Below, piece after piece: positions 50,579 through 59,357 of a stretch of DNA of 59,357 bases. The stretch is from a virus: IMG/VR virus record IMGVR_UViG_3300005836_000010. One strand, 5' to 3'. The position numbers and the translations under genes were made by a program. The stretch's first letter is position 1; each line of letters opens with the position of its first letter. Below the pieces are notes generated by a model. The model worked only from the letters and a program-made list of their open reading frames with translations. It did not search any database and was not told where the DNA came from.

Positions 50579-51859
50579 ATGCCGCGCATTAGCGAACTCC
50601 CACCAGTATCTAGCGGACCTCTCAACGGTGACGAACTTGTCCCCATCGTTCAAGGTGGTGTGACTGTTCAGGTGCCCGCAAGTGCATTCGGTGATCTGGC
50701 TACCGGCACGGTCACCAGCGTTAACGGACAAACCGGCGCTGTCACGCTTGCTGCATCAAATGTCGGTGCGCTCTCTGACCCGTCGCTGCTGTCTGGCATC
50801 AGCGGCATCACCGGCGCCGAGCAGACCACCGCTGAGCAGGATGGCGTTCAAGTCCAGGTCACGCTGCAGCAGATCGCTGACCTCGCAGCCGCGTCGAAAG
50901 GCATCGGGTTCAACTACACGTCCGATGCCAACAACACTGCCGACGCAGATCCTGGCAACGGGCTATTGCGGTGGAACAACGCAACGCAGACATCGGCAAC
51001 GCAACTGTTCATCGACGATCAGACGTCGACCGACTCAGTGTCGTTGGTGACGATGCTGAATGCACTTGGTCAAGGGTTCTTGTGGATCCAACAGGCTGAC
51101 GTCGAACTGCGTTGGCAGATGTGGAAGTTCACCTCGATCACCGCTGCGTCTGGCTATCACAAGATCGCCGTGTCGTTGATGGCATCGGGTGCTGCCATAC
51201 AAAACAACAAGAACATCCACGTGACGTTCTTCGATGTCGGCACACCAGATCCATCGATCGAGTCTGGGGTCAGCGCGCTGGGTGGCAGTGAGATCTTGAC
51301 TGTCAAGCAGTCGGGCAACTTCGTGCAGGCCACGGCACGCCAGATCGCTGATCTGGCCCTGGGTGTGGGCAACGTCCTGTGGAACAACGCGATCCAGTTG
51401 ATTTCGGCATTGAGCAGCACCAGTGGCCTCGACGGCGATGAGCACATGGTCGTCGAGAAGGGCAGCACGTTCCTACAGGTGCCAAGTCTGTCCGTTGCCA
51501 AGCTCGTGACGCACGTGGTCAATATCTTCAATCGGAACCAGAGCGTGTCGCCGCTGCCGCTGACCGATGGTGCGACGATCAACACCGATGCGTCACTGAG
51601 CAACGTCTTCAAGGTGACACTTGGTGGCAATCGCACGCTAGCCAACCCGACGAACCTGACCGATGGCATGGTTCTGAACTGGGTCCTTCGTCAAGATGGC
51701 ACAGGCGGTCGCACGCTGGCCTACGGGTCGAAGTTCAAGTGGGCCGGCGGCACCGCGCCGACGCTCACCACGACTGCTGGCGCGGTGTGTCTGATCAGTT
51801 CGCTGTATGACGCCGGTAACGACATCCTGATCTCTAGCAGTGTGCTAGACGCGCGCTAA
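50579..51859 (+). CDS. Tail fibre/spike protein
   Basis: N-terminal MPRISELPPVSSGPLNGDELVPIVQGGVTVQV is a common fibre-anchor motif; 426 aa. Confidence 0.65.
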   Translation: MPRISELPPVSSGPLNGDELVPIVQGGVTVQVPASAFGDLATGTVTSVNGQTGAVTLAASNVGALSDPSLLSGISGITGAEQTTAEQDGVQVQVTLQQIADLAAASKGIGFNYTSDANNTADADPGNGLLRWNNATQTSATQLFIDDQTSTDSVSLVTMLNALGQGFLWIQQADVELRWQMWKFTSITAASGYHKIAVSLMASGAAIQNNKNIHVTFFDVGTPDPSIESGVSALGGSEILTVKQSGNFVQATARQIADLALGVGNVLWNNAIQLISALSSTSGLDGDEHMVVEKGSTFLQVPSLSVAKLVTHVVNIFNRNQSVSPLPLTDGATINTDASLSNVFKVTLGGNRTLANPTNLTDGMVLNWVLRQDGTGGRTLAYGSKFKWAGGTAPTLTTTAGAVCLISSLYDAGNDILISSSVLDAR

Positions 51860-52572
51860 TGTTCGCGATCCCCCCGGCATTCCTCCCGGCCGCTTCAGGC
51901 AACGGAGATTCGTTCTACAACAGCACGGTGCTGCTGTTGCACATGAACGGTACGAACGGGGGCACAACGTTCACCGACAACAGTTTTGTCGGGCGCGTCA
52001 CCGCTGCTGGCGGTAATGCTCAGACCAGCACAGCGCAGAGCATCTTCAACGGATCGTCAGGCCTGTTCGATGGCAGTGGCGATTTCATAAGTTGTGGCGT
52101 ATCTGCTGACTTCGACTTCGGCAGCGGAGACTTCACGATCGAAGGTGCCATCAGAGCGAACACGTTGTCCGGCATTGATGCACTTGTGTCCAACAGGCAG
52201 ACAGCGGGAGCGGATCCCGGGTTCATCCTGTACGTGAACGGCGGGGTGCTGAACTTCGTTGCGTGGAATCCCGCCGGCACGGTCGTCGTCAACTTCGCTG
52301 GTCCGACATTCACAACAGGCTCGTGGCAATGGTTCGCTGTGCGTCGGCTGACCAACACGTTCACGCTTTGGAAAGATGGGGCGAACACGGGGTCTGCCAG
52401 TTACTCTGGCGCCATCGCTGCATCGGCCCCGCTTGCGCTCACAACTTTCGTCGGCAAGGACCCATCGACCGCTGGCCGCGAGTACGACGGGCACATGGCC
52501 GAGCTTCGAATCACCAAAGGCGTCGGCCGCACGATCGTCGTGCCGACGTCGCCATGGCCCAACTCCCTATGA
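51859..52572 (+). CDS. LamG/concanavalin-like lectin domain protein (fibre-distal/receptor-binding candidate)
   Basis: GSGDFTIEG...WQWFAVRR...FTLWKDG...YDGHMAELRITKG is the LamG-like jelly-roll pattern. Confidence 0.65.
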   Translation: MFAIPPAFLPAASGNGDSFYNSTVLLLHMNGTNGGTTFTDNSFVGRVTAAGGNAQTSTAQSIFNGSSGLFDGSGDFISCGVSADFDFGSGDFTIEGAIRANTLSGIDALVSNRQTAGADPGFILYVNGGVLNFVAWNPAGTVVVNFAGPTFTTGSWQWFAVRRLTNTFTLWKDGANTGSASYSGAIAASAPLALTTFVGKDPSTAGREYDGHMAELRITKGVGRTIVVPTSPWPNSL

Positions 52573-52967
52573 TCGCAGGTACCACCTTCCAATTCGAAGA
52601 CCCCACCATGGTGGCTCGAGCCTGCCTCGCGCACGGTAGGCAGTTCGGTGTATCGGTTTCCGAGATCGCCGAAATCCAGGCAGAATGCGAAGCTGAGAGA
52701 GCCGTGTGTCTGGCGTGCGAGGATGGGGTGTTGGTAATCACACTCGGTGCCTTGAATGACCCCCACGACGGCTTTGAGATGTACGTGCTACTCGCTGTGG
52801 CCTTCAGCCACGGCGCAGTCGAGCGACAGGACGCCGCGCTGCAAACCCTTGCGCGCGATCTCGGAGCAGATGCCATAGCCTTCCGCGCACGCCGCAGAGG
52901 GTGGGCAAGGCGACTGGGGCCAGAGTGGAAACGCCGAGGCACCGACGAGTTCGTGAGGATGGTCTGA
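52569..52967 (+). CDS. Hypothetical protein
   Basis: 132 aa from ATG 52569 (ATGA overlap). Confidence 0.5.
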   Translation: MIAGTTFQFEDPTMVARACLAHGRQFGVSVSEIAEIQAECEAERAVCLACEDGVLVITLGALNDPHDGFEMYVLLAVAFSHGAVERQDAALQTLARDLGADAIAFRARRRGWARRLGPEWKRRGTDEFVRMV

Positions 52968-52968
52968 C

Positions 52969-53622
52969 ATGGGCGGAAAAGCAGGCAACGTCGCAGAGAC
53001 CCCGCAGCAGCGGGCCATGGCCGATCACGCCGTGAACCTGTATCAGGACTGGAAGCAGCGATGGCTTCCAGTCCAACAACACTTGGCTTCCCAGATCCAA
53101 CGGATGGGCAAGCCCGGTTCGTTCGCGCGCGAGACCGCCACCGGGCGCGCCGCTACCGACACGAGTCTGCAGTTTTCGAACGCCGAAGGCGCACTCGAAA
53201 AGTCGATGTCGAACTCGGGCGCCCAGGTGGGCTCGTCGAAATTCAATCTTGGCATCACAGGGCTCGCCGAAGACAAGGCCAAATCCAGAGGTCTAGGCAT
53301 CACTTCGGCAGATCAGATGATCGACGACGCCTACATCCAAGGACTCGGTGCGCTGACGGCGACCGGTCGCGGTGAAAAGGCTACGGTCACCGATTCGTTG
53401 GGCGCATCGGCTGCGCAGAGCGCGCGGCAAGCTTCGGCCGATGCAGAGGCAGCGCTGACCGAGCGCGCCGGCAACGCCAAGGTGGTCGGTCAGCTGGCTG
53501 GCTACGGTTTGCAGCAGTGGATGAACACGCCAGCCACGCAGCCTGTCGGCTCGGTGCCGGGCGGGTACACGCAAGGCGGCGTGACCTACAACAACCCGTC
53601 TGCCTACACAGCAGGAGGTTGA
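52969..53622 (+). CDS. Internal virion protein candidate
   Basis: 217 aa, Ala/Gly/Gln-rich; precedes the ejection-protein series. Confidence 0.5.
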   Translation: MGGKAGNVAETPQQRAMADHAVNLYQDWKQRWLPVQQHLASQIQRMGKPGSFARETATGRAATDTSLQFSNAEGALEKSMSNSGAQVGSSKFNLGITGLAEDKAKSRGLGITSADQMIDDAYIQGLGALTATGRGEKATVTDSLGASAAQSARQASADAEAALTERAGNAKVVGQLAGYGLQQWMNTPATQPVGSVPGGYTQGGVTYNNPSAYTAGG

Positions 53623-53623
53623 C

Positions 53624-54088
53624 ATGCCGGGAACAATCGCCAACGCAACCCAACTTCTGTCGGGCGGGACCAATCCGAATACCAACGTGTTCGGTGTCAA
53701 CCCCGGCTCGAAGACTTACGCCGGCGACACGTTCGCCGCACTGACACGCTCGCAGTGGGCCGACTATGTCAACACGTTCGTCCCGCTTGAGAACCAACTG
53801 ATCCAGTACGCCACCGATCCGGGCGTGGTCAGCGACGCGATGAAGAAAGCCAGCACGAACGTCAACCAGTCATTCGATGCCACCCAGGCATCCACAGCGC
53901 GCCGCCTGAAGGGTTTGGGTGTCACGTTGTCGCCCGAAGAACGCGACGCGCAGACGCGATCCTACGGACTCGCGCGGTCACTGGCTGATGTGCAAGCACA
54001 GAACCTGTCGCGCGACATGACGATGCGCCGTCAACAATCAGTCCTTGGCAACCCGGCGCCATCAGCGGCAGCTGGTGGAGGTGTGTGA
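53624..54088 (+). CDS. Internal virion protein candidate
   Basis: 154-aa ORF, tightly packed. Confidence 0.5.
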   Translation: MPGTIANATQLLSGGTNPNTNVFGVNPGSKTYAGDTFAALTRSQWADYVNTFVPLENQLIQYATDPGVVSDAMKKASTNVNQSFDATQASTARRLKGLGVTLSPEERDAQTRSYGLARSLADVQAQNLSRDMTMRRQQSVLGNPAPSAAAGGGV

Positions 54089-54366
54089 TGGCAGGCTATG
54101 GTGTCGGTGCGAATCTGGTCAGCGCTGGCCAAGAGCAACTCGGTGAAGCGACCAAGGGGCTGAAAGAGGCTGCCGACGAAGAGTCGAAACGCAATGCTCA
54201 GAACAAGGCGAACGAAGCCGCGCGCAAGGCAGGCAACCAACAGTTGGGTGGAACGCTCGGTGCGCTAGGCGGTATGGCACTCGGTGCTGAGTATGGCAGC
54301 GCGATCGGTCCTTGGGGCGCGTTGATTGGCGGCGCCGCGGGTGCGATCGCGGGAGGGCTCTTCTGA
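54085..54366 (+). CDS. Glycine-zipper membrane protein
   Basis: C-terminal GGTLGALGGMALGAEYGSAIGPWGALIGGAAGAIAGGLF. Confidence 0.55.
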   Translation: MMAGYGVGANLVSAGQEQLGEATKGLKEAADEESKRNAQNKANEAARKAGNQQLGGTLGALGGMALGAEYGSAIGPWGALIGGAAGAIAGGLF

Positions 54367-55949
54367 TGGCAACACTGAGTGTTGGCGGCGGCGCCGCGGA
54401 AGGTATCCAGGCCGGTTTCGGCATGGGTTTGCAACTCGACAGGTTCAACGAAGAGAAGCGCGCCCGTCAATTTGAAGAGACACGCCAGACCGCGGCGGAT
54501 TCGCGCGCGGCGGACGAACTCACGTTGCGCCAGAAGCGCGAGCAGCGCGAGCAGGAGGTGGCCGACGATGCCACCCAGCAACGTGGTGTCAACGCGCTGC
54601 TGGGCCGGCAGAAGGCGATCATCACCGCTGGCCAGCAAGCCCAGCTGAACGGTCAACCGCTCGACCCCACGATGGTCGACGAGTACGGCAAGAACGCAGC
54701 GTTGCTCAAGCAGACGGCGAAGAACTGGGTGTCGCGCCTCCAGACTGGCAAGGTCGATCTGGACGCTGCGCCAGCGCGCGACGTCTACGCCAACATGTCC
54801 GCGGCCACCGGCATGAATCTGGCCGACATGAAAGCGTTGCCCCAAGGCGTCGATGACTGGAAGACCGGCATGGATACCGGCAACCACCAGTTGATGCTCA
54901 AGGGTGCGAACACGATCATGGCGCCGCGTCTGCGCATGGGCATCGGTGACGATGATCCCAACGGCAGCGGTGGCAAGATCGTCAGCAAGCAACTGCTCGA
55001 CATCTCGCCTGCGCGCGATGGCAATGGCGTCGATCATCCTGACAAGTTCATCCCGATCATCCGCACGACGGTGAAGCTGCCCGATGGCAGCACGAAGTAC
55101 TACGACGCCCCATCGACTCTCGGTGGCACGACGGACCCCAACGCGCCGGTGCAACCAGTCAGCATCCAAGATGCGATGGACTTCGTCGGCCACGCCGGCA
55201 ACTTCGCCACCGCGATGAGCCATCCTGCTCTGATGTCGAAGCTCGAGCAGGGCGCGAAGGAACTGGACACCGAGCATGTCCAGGCGCTCGACGAACTGAC
55301 GAACCTGACTCGGCCTACGATGAAGCCGAAGCAGATGATCGTGCACGGCGGCAACAAGAACACGCTGGTCAACATCAACGAGACCACCGGCAAGGTCATC
55401 GGCCAGACCGAGTACGGCGTCGGCGCAACTCCGCGCAACTTCAACCCGAACACCGGTGGCGGCGGGACGCTGCGCGCGCAACTGCGGGCGCTCGACGAAG
55501 ACAAAGCCAACGGTACCTACGATGACGATCCCGACCAGTACGAGCAGGATCGTCACGACATCATCATGCGCGCTGGTCGGACGCCGGCCGGCGCTGGCAA
55601 GGGTCCGAGCAGTGCCGAGATCAACAGCATCGGCAACGACGCTGCGAATCGCGCTGCGAGCACGCAGGGCTTGCACTACGACAAGACGGCTGGGGTCTAC
55701 AAGGACAGCACTGGTACACGTGCCACAGCTGACCAGATGAAGACCATCGATGCTGCGCGGGAAGGTGCTCTCACGGTCGCGCGCAACAACGCTGCGAAGG
55801 GCAAGCGCACGTCAGGTGACGAAGTCACGACCGCTGTCAACACCGCTGCACCTGCTGGCAAGCCCAAGTACCAAGAGGGCCAGACAGCAACCGGTCCCAA
55901 CGGTGCCAAGATGGTCTTCAAGGGTGGCGTATGGCAAGCCCTCAAGTAG
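54366..55949 (+). CDS. Internal/ejection protein candidate
   Basis: 527 aa from ATG 54366 (1-nt overlap with the upstream stop). Confidence 0.55.
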   Translation: MATLSVGGGAAEGIQAGFGMGLQLDRFNEEKRARQFEETRQTAADSRAADELTLRQKREQREQEVADDATQQRGVNALLGRQKAIITAGQQAQLNGQPLDPTMVDEYGKNAALLKQTAKNWVSRLQTGKVDLDAAPARDVYANMSAATGMNLADMKALPQGVDDWKTGMDTGNHQLMLKGANTIMAPRLRMGIGDDDPNGSGGKIVSKQLLDISPARDGNGVDHPDKFIPIIRTTVKLPDGSTKYYDAPSTLGGTTDPNAPVQPVSIQDAMDFVGHAGNFATAMSHPALMSKLEQGAKELDTEHVQALDELTNLTRPTMKPKQMIVHGGNKNTLVNINETTGKVIGQTEYGVGATPRNFNPNTGGGGTLRAQLRALDEDKANGTYDDDPDQYEQDRHDIIMRAGRTPAGAGKGPSSAEINSIGNDAANRAASTQGLHYDKTAGVYKDSTGTRATADQMKTIDAAREGALTVARNNAAKGKRTSGDEVTTAVNTAAPAGKPKYQEGQTATGPNGAKMVFKGGVWQALK

Positions 55950-58900
55950 CAGCCCCGAGCGCGGATCTCCCACCTGGGTTCACCGCTGATCCCGCCGAAT
56001 TGCCGGCAGGGTTCAAAGTCGATGAGCCCGCGGCCAAGCCGGCGGGCTTCATCGAGACGGCGCTACGCACCGTCGCGCAGAGTGCCGCGCCGATCATCCG
56101 CACCGTGGGGCTGGCCGAGTCGACGTTGCAAGGCGCGATCCGCGGCAAGGAAGCCCAGGATCAGGTCATCGCGCGCACCGAAGAGCAAGTCAAACGGCTC
56201 AAGGAAGAGTACGACTGGAAGCCGGGCGAGACCCCGAACACCGCTGGCGAGTTTGCCGGTGGTGTGGCCAGCATGCCCCAACAGTTGCTGGGCCAGGGCG
56301 TGGCCCCTGGCATCAACCGCGCAGCCGAAGTGATCGAGCGCGGCGGTACGGGCGCCGAAGCTGCAACCGCTGGCGCGGCCACGGGCGCTGTCGCCCAGTT
56401 GTTGCAGATGCTGCCCATGGGTGCAGGCAAGACCATCCAGAAAGCTGTCGGTGGTGGCGCTGTACGTCAGACCGTCACCGGCGCCGTGGGTGGCGCTGCG
56501 ACGAACGTTGTCGCGGGCGCGGCAGGGCGCGCTGTCGAGAACGCGGCGCTGCCAGAGGCGCCGTCCGGTGACATGGGTCCTCCCGAGGAGGACAAATACG
56601 CAGATTTGCGTCAGGCCCCACTCGATGCAAAGGCGGCGCTGACTGAGGCCGGCGTGGGCGCTGCGTTCGGTGCGCTCGGTGTACACCAGACACGGAAAGC
56701 TGCGGCCGCGCATGCGAAGGCGAACCCGCCACCGCCGCCCTTCCCTGCTGACAAAATGGAAGACCTGGGTGACGGCACGTTCCGCACGCCCAACGGCAGC
56801 ACGATCACGCAAGAGGACTGGACCAACCGCAGCCAGAAGATCCGCGATGGGTGGATGGAGCCTGCGCCCAAGGAAGCGGAACCACCCAAGCTGCAGGAAG
56901 AGATCGATCGCCTGCGTGAAGAGCACCCCGCCGGTCCCGTGGCTGATGTGCTGACGCAGGTGACCAAGCAACGCGAGGAGTCTCGCCAGAAGAAAGCGCA
57001 AGCCGATGAACTGCGCGCTGCCGCTGACAAGACCACGGACATCGAGATCAAGAAGGCGTTGAACGCGAAGGCCGACAAGCTCGACCCGCGCGAACAAATC
57101 CCCGTTGGCCAAACCAAAGAAGGCCAGCCCGAGATCAAGACCGAAGAGACGAAGAAGATTCCCGTCGGTGAGACGACCGAAGGGCAACCCGAGATCAAGA
57201 CCGAGAAGACGGAACCGATCCCCAAAGGTGAGGTGACCGAAGAGAAGATCCCTGTTGGCGAGACCAACGAGGTCCCCGGCGAAGGCGGGCAGATCCCCGT
57301 TGGTGAAGCCAAAGAGATCACGGGCTCTGGTGTCGAACCGACACCTGAGCCAAAGGCCGGCTCCATCCCGAAAGGTGAAGCCAAGGAACTCTACATTCCA
57401 CCGGAGAAACGCAATGCCGCTGATCAAGTCACCAAGCAAGAAGGCCGTGGGCCAGAACATCCGAACGGAGAAGGCAGCGGGCAAGCCGCAGAAGCGGGCA
57501 GTGGCAATCGCCCTGAACACCCAGCGGAGAGCGGGGGGCGGGGCACCAAGAACGGCGCCAAGCCCGAGGACAGCGGTACCGCCAAAACCAGTCTTGACGT
57601 CGGCACCGGCACCAATGCCGAAGCGCATGGCCCCGAAGGGCGGGTACTGACGTTCCCGAAGATCGAAGAGTCGATGCTCGGGGCGCGCGAGCCCACGGTC
57701 GAAGGGCTCCCGAAAGCTGACGAGCGCGGGATCTCCCATGCGCGCGAGAGCCTGCGCAGTGGTATGCGCGAAGGTACCGTCGACAAGGACGGTGGTGCGC
57801 TGGCGCTGTGGGCGCTTGATCGCAATCCGAATCTGGCGCGCGGTTTGAAAGTCGAGAAGATCGCAGGCGAAGCCGACGACAAACGGTTGGGCAGCTACCA
57901 ACACGCGCAGCGGATCGTCAAGCTCTTCAAGAGCCAAAACGCGCGCACCGCGGCGCACGAAATTCTGCACCACGCCGAACGCATGATGCCCGAGTTCGTG
58001 CAGCGCGCGATCCGCCGCTCGTGGGTCAAGCACATCAACGATCGGATCTACGAATCCAAGGATCCGAAAGAGAAGCAAGCGTTGCGCGACATCATCTCGG
58101 CGTCGCGCGGCGACAGCGCTGCGCACGAGCGGTTGATGAAGCAGTTCAGCGACCGCACGCTCGACGCGAACAAGTGGTACCACCTGACGAACCCCTCAGA
58201 GTTCTGGGCGGTGAACGCTTCGCGTCTGCTGCACGAGCGCTACGCGAGCCGCGGATCTTGGCGCGATCAGGCCAAGCGCTGGATGAAAGACATGATCGAG
58301 CACGTGAAGGATACCGTCGGTATCCGCAGTGACTCAGCCGTGATCAAAGGCCTGAACGAAGTCCTCAACGCGAAGAAGGTTCGCGGTGAGCGTTCGAACG
58401 CGTTGATGCTCTCGGAGGGCGGTGGTCGCACGCCGGCCAAGGTGCCGCGCGATTTCCAACACCTGGGTGACGAAGACCTGAACAAGTTCCGCAAGAGCAT
58501 CGGTGATCGAGTCAAGACGACACTCGAGTATGGAGCGCTACTCGGTCGTCAGCACAAGTGGGATCACAGTGTCGGCGACCATTTCCTGTCCACCCAAACA
58601 GGAAAGACGTACGAGATCACCGGTCGTACGTTCTCTCCAGTGGGCAAGTTGCGAGACAACAACTGGCAAGCTGTCTACGCCTACGAAGGTTCGGACGGGA
58701 GCCGTGGCCAGTTCGTTGAGAGCCGGATGCGGGAATCGGAAACACTCAAGAAGTTGACCGGCCCCAAGGAAAGCCTCGCTGTCGCAACAACGCCAGCGAA
58801 GCGTGAACTCGGTGACGAGACGCGCAGTGAACGCTTCGTGCGCGCGTGGACCGATCGGTTCAACCGTGTGGCCAAGCTGCAGAAGACTGAGGCACCGAAG

Positions 58901-59357
58901 AGCGAGAAGGCCGACATCTATCTGCACGACGTGCTCTTCCAGGGGCGCGCGCAGCACCGCGGCGAACTGCTGGAGAAGGAACACATCAAGCCTTTGGGCA
59001 AGGCGCTCGAGGAAGCCAAGAAGCAAGACCTGACGGTCACCGATGCCGACGACTACCTCACGGCGCTGCACGCGCCCGAGCGCAATCGCGAGATCGCCAA
59101 GATCAACCCGAAGCTGCCCGACGGCGGCTCGGGCATGACCAACAAGCAAGCCGCGGACATTCTCAAGGGCTACACGCCTGAGCAGAAGGCAGCGCTCGAC
59201 AAGGTCGCCGGTATCGTGCGCGGCATGAACAAGGCCAAGCTCGACGCGATGGTGGCCGATGGGCTGATCAAGCCCGAGCTTCGCGATGCGCTCAACCGCA
59301 AGTACAAGAACTACGTGCCGCTGAAGAGCCTCGAAGACGAGGACGCGCACCTGGGCA
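55931..59357 (+). CDS. N-terminal ~1142 codons of the giant ~1816-aa virion protein (zincin HExxH module, IPVGE repeats); runs off the window and continues at base 1
   Basis: Hand translation from ATG 55931 finds no stop through 59357. HEILH at 57956-57970; (I/K)P(V/K)GE repeats at about 57098-57390. Absent from the track because it is open-ended. Confidence 0.85.
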   Translation, partial: MASPQVAAPSADLPPGFTADPAELPAGFKVDEPAAKPAGFIETALRTVAQSAAPIIRTVGLAESTLQGAIRGKEAQDQVIARTEEQVKRLKEEYDWKPGETPNTAGEFAGGVASMPQQLLGQGVAPGINRAAEVIERGGTGAEAATAGAATGAVAQLLQMLPMGAGKTIQKAVGGGAVRQTVTGAVGGAATNVVAGAAGRAVENAALPEAPSGDMGPPEEDKYADLRQAPLDAKAALTEAGVGAAFGALGVHQTRKAAAAHAKANPPPPPFPADKMEDLGDGTFRTPNGSTITQEDWTNRSQKIRDGWMEPAPKEAEPPKLQEEIDRLREEHPAGPVADVLTQVTKQREESRQKKAQADELRAAADKTTDIEIKKALNAKADKLDPREQIPVGQTKEGQPEIKTEETKKIPVGETTEGQPEIKTEKTEPIPKGEVTEEKIPVGETNEVPGEGGQIPVGEAKEITGSGVEPTPEPKAGSIPKGEAKELYIPPEKRNAADQVTKQEGRGPEHPNGEGSGQAAEAGSGNRPEHPAESGGRGTKNGAKPEDSGTAKTSLDVGTGTNAEAHGPEGRVLTFPKIEESMLGAREPTVEGLPKADERGISHARESLRSGMREGTVDKDGGALALWALDRNPNLARGLKVEKIAGEADDKRLGSYQHAQRIVKLFKSQNARTAAHEILHHAERMMPEFVQRAIRRSWVKHINDRIYESKDPKEKQALRDIISASRGDSAAHERLMKQFSDRTLDANKWYHLTNPSEFWAVNASRLLHERYASRGSWRDQAKRWMKDMIEHVKDTVGIRSDSAVIKGLNEVLNAKKVRGERSNALMLSEGGGRTPAKVPRDFQHLGDEDLNKFRKSIGDRVKTTLEYGALLGRQHKWDHSVGDHFLSTQTGKTYEITGRTFSPVGKLRDNNWQAVYAYEGSDGSRGQFVESRMRESETLKKLTGPKESLAVATTPAKRELGDETRSERFVRAWTDRFNRVAKLQKTEAPKSEKADIYLHDVLFQGRAQHRGELLEKEHIKPLGKALEEAKKQDLTVTDADDYLTALHAPERNREIAKINPKLPDGGSGMTNKQAADILKGYTPEQKAALDKVAGIVRGMNKAKLDAMVADGLIKPELRDALNRKYKNYVPLKSLEDEDAHLG
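59238..59357. repeat. Terminal overlap copy 2 (identical to 1-120)
   Basis: Direct comparison of the window ends. Confidence 0.95.

Noticed and set aside
59238-59357. Physical direct terminal repeat (T7-like DTR)
   Set aside because: The repeat lies inside the reading frame of the giant virion gene and reconstitutes it in phase, so it is best explained as circular assembly overlap.
55931-59357. N4-like virion RNA polymerase as the identity of the giant protein
   Set aside because: At about 1816 aa it is roughly half the size of the N4 vRNAP. I could not find single-subunit RNAP motifs by eye. The only clear catalytic signature is HExxH. This has not been tested with profile searches.
1-59357. 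CRISPR arrays, rRNA, a DGR/reverse transcriptase, or toxin-antitoxin pairs
   Set aside because: No regularly spaced repeat array, rRNA-like segment or RT motif (YxDD) was seen in any ORF. Small gene pairs in the early operon lack recognisable toxin folds by eye.

Overview
The window is a complete, circularly closed genome of a visibly GC-rich tailed bacteriophage. Bases 1-120 are identical to 59238-59357, and the repeat lies inside one continuous reading frame. The unit genome is therefore 59,237 bp, and the window is simply cut inside a giant virion gene. That gene (55931..59357 continuing into 1..2144, about 1816 aa) is missing from the ORF track because it has no stop before the window end.

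I refined the track's gene calls using chains of stop/start overlaps (ATGA, GTGA, TGATG), ribosome-binding sites and hairpins. The layout is:
(1) A rightward late module from 35941 through the junction to 5418. It holds terS, terL, portal, scaffold, an HK97-type capsid, adaptor and tail proteins, a 1002-aa tail protein, a fibre, a LamG protein and internal/ejection proteins ending in the giant protein. A terminator follows, then a lysis cassette with a GH19 endolysin, a holin candidate and an embedded Rz/Rz1-type spanin pair, which implies a Gram-negative host.
(2) A leftward middle module, 21922 down to 10841. It holds a Cro-like HTH, nucleotide-pool enzymes, a DUF2800-type nuclease, a DUF2815-type SSB, a family A DNA polymerase, HNH, VRR-NUC and an SNF2 helicase.
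(3) Fused directly downstream (10844 down to 5402), an eight-gene cassette of five glycosyltransferase-like and three methyltransferase genes. This is my best candidate for an undescribed system.
(4) A short rightward primase-helicase module, 22003-25259.
(5) A leftward early operon, 35705 down to 25329. It has about 30 mostly tiny, translationally coupled genes and starts with a DUF932 protein. It also contains an EF-Ts N-domain mimic, a TylF-type methyltransferase, a lipoprotein moron, a SprT-like protease and an HTH-metallophosphoesterase fusion.

I found no integrase, tRNA, rRNA, CRISPR array or reverse transcriptase. All family assignments come from motif recognition by eye and recall. 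No database search was run.
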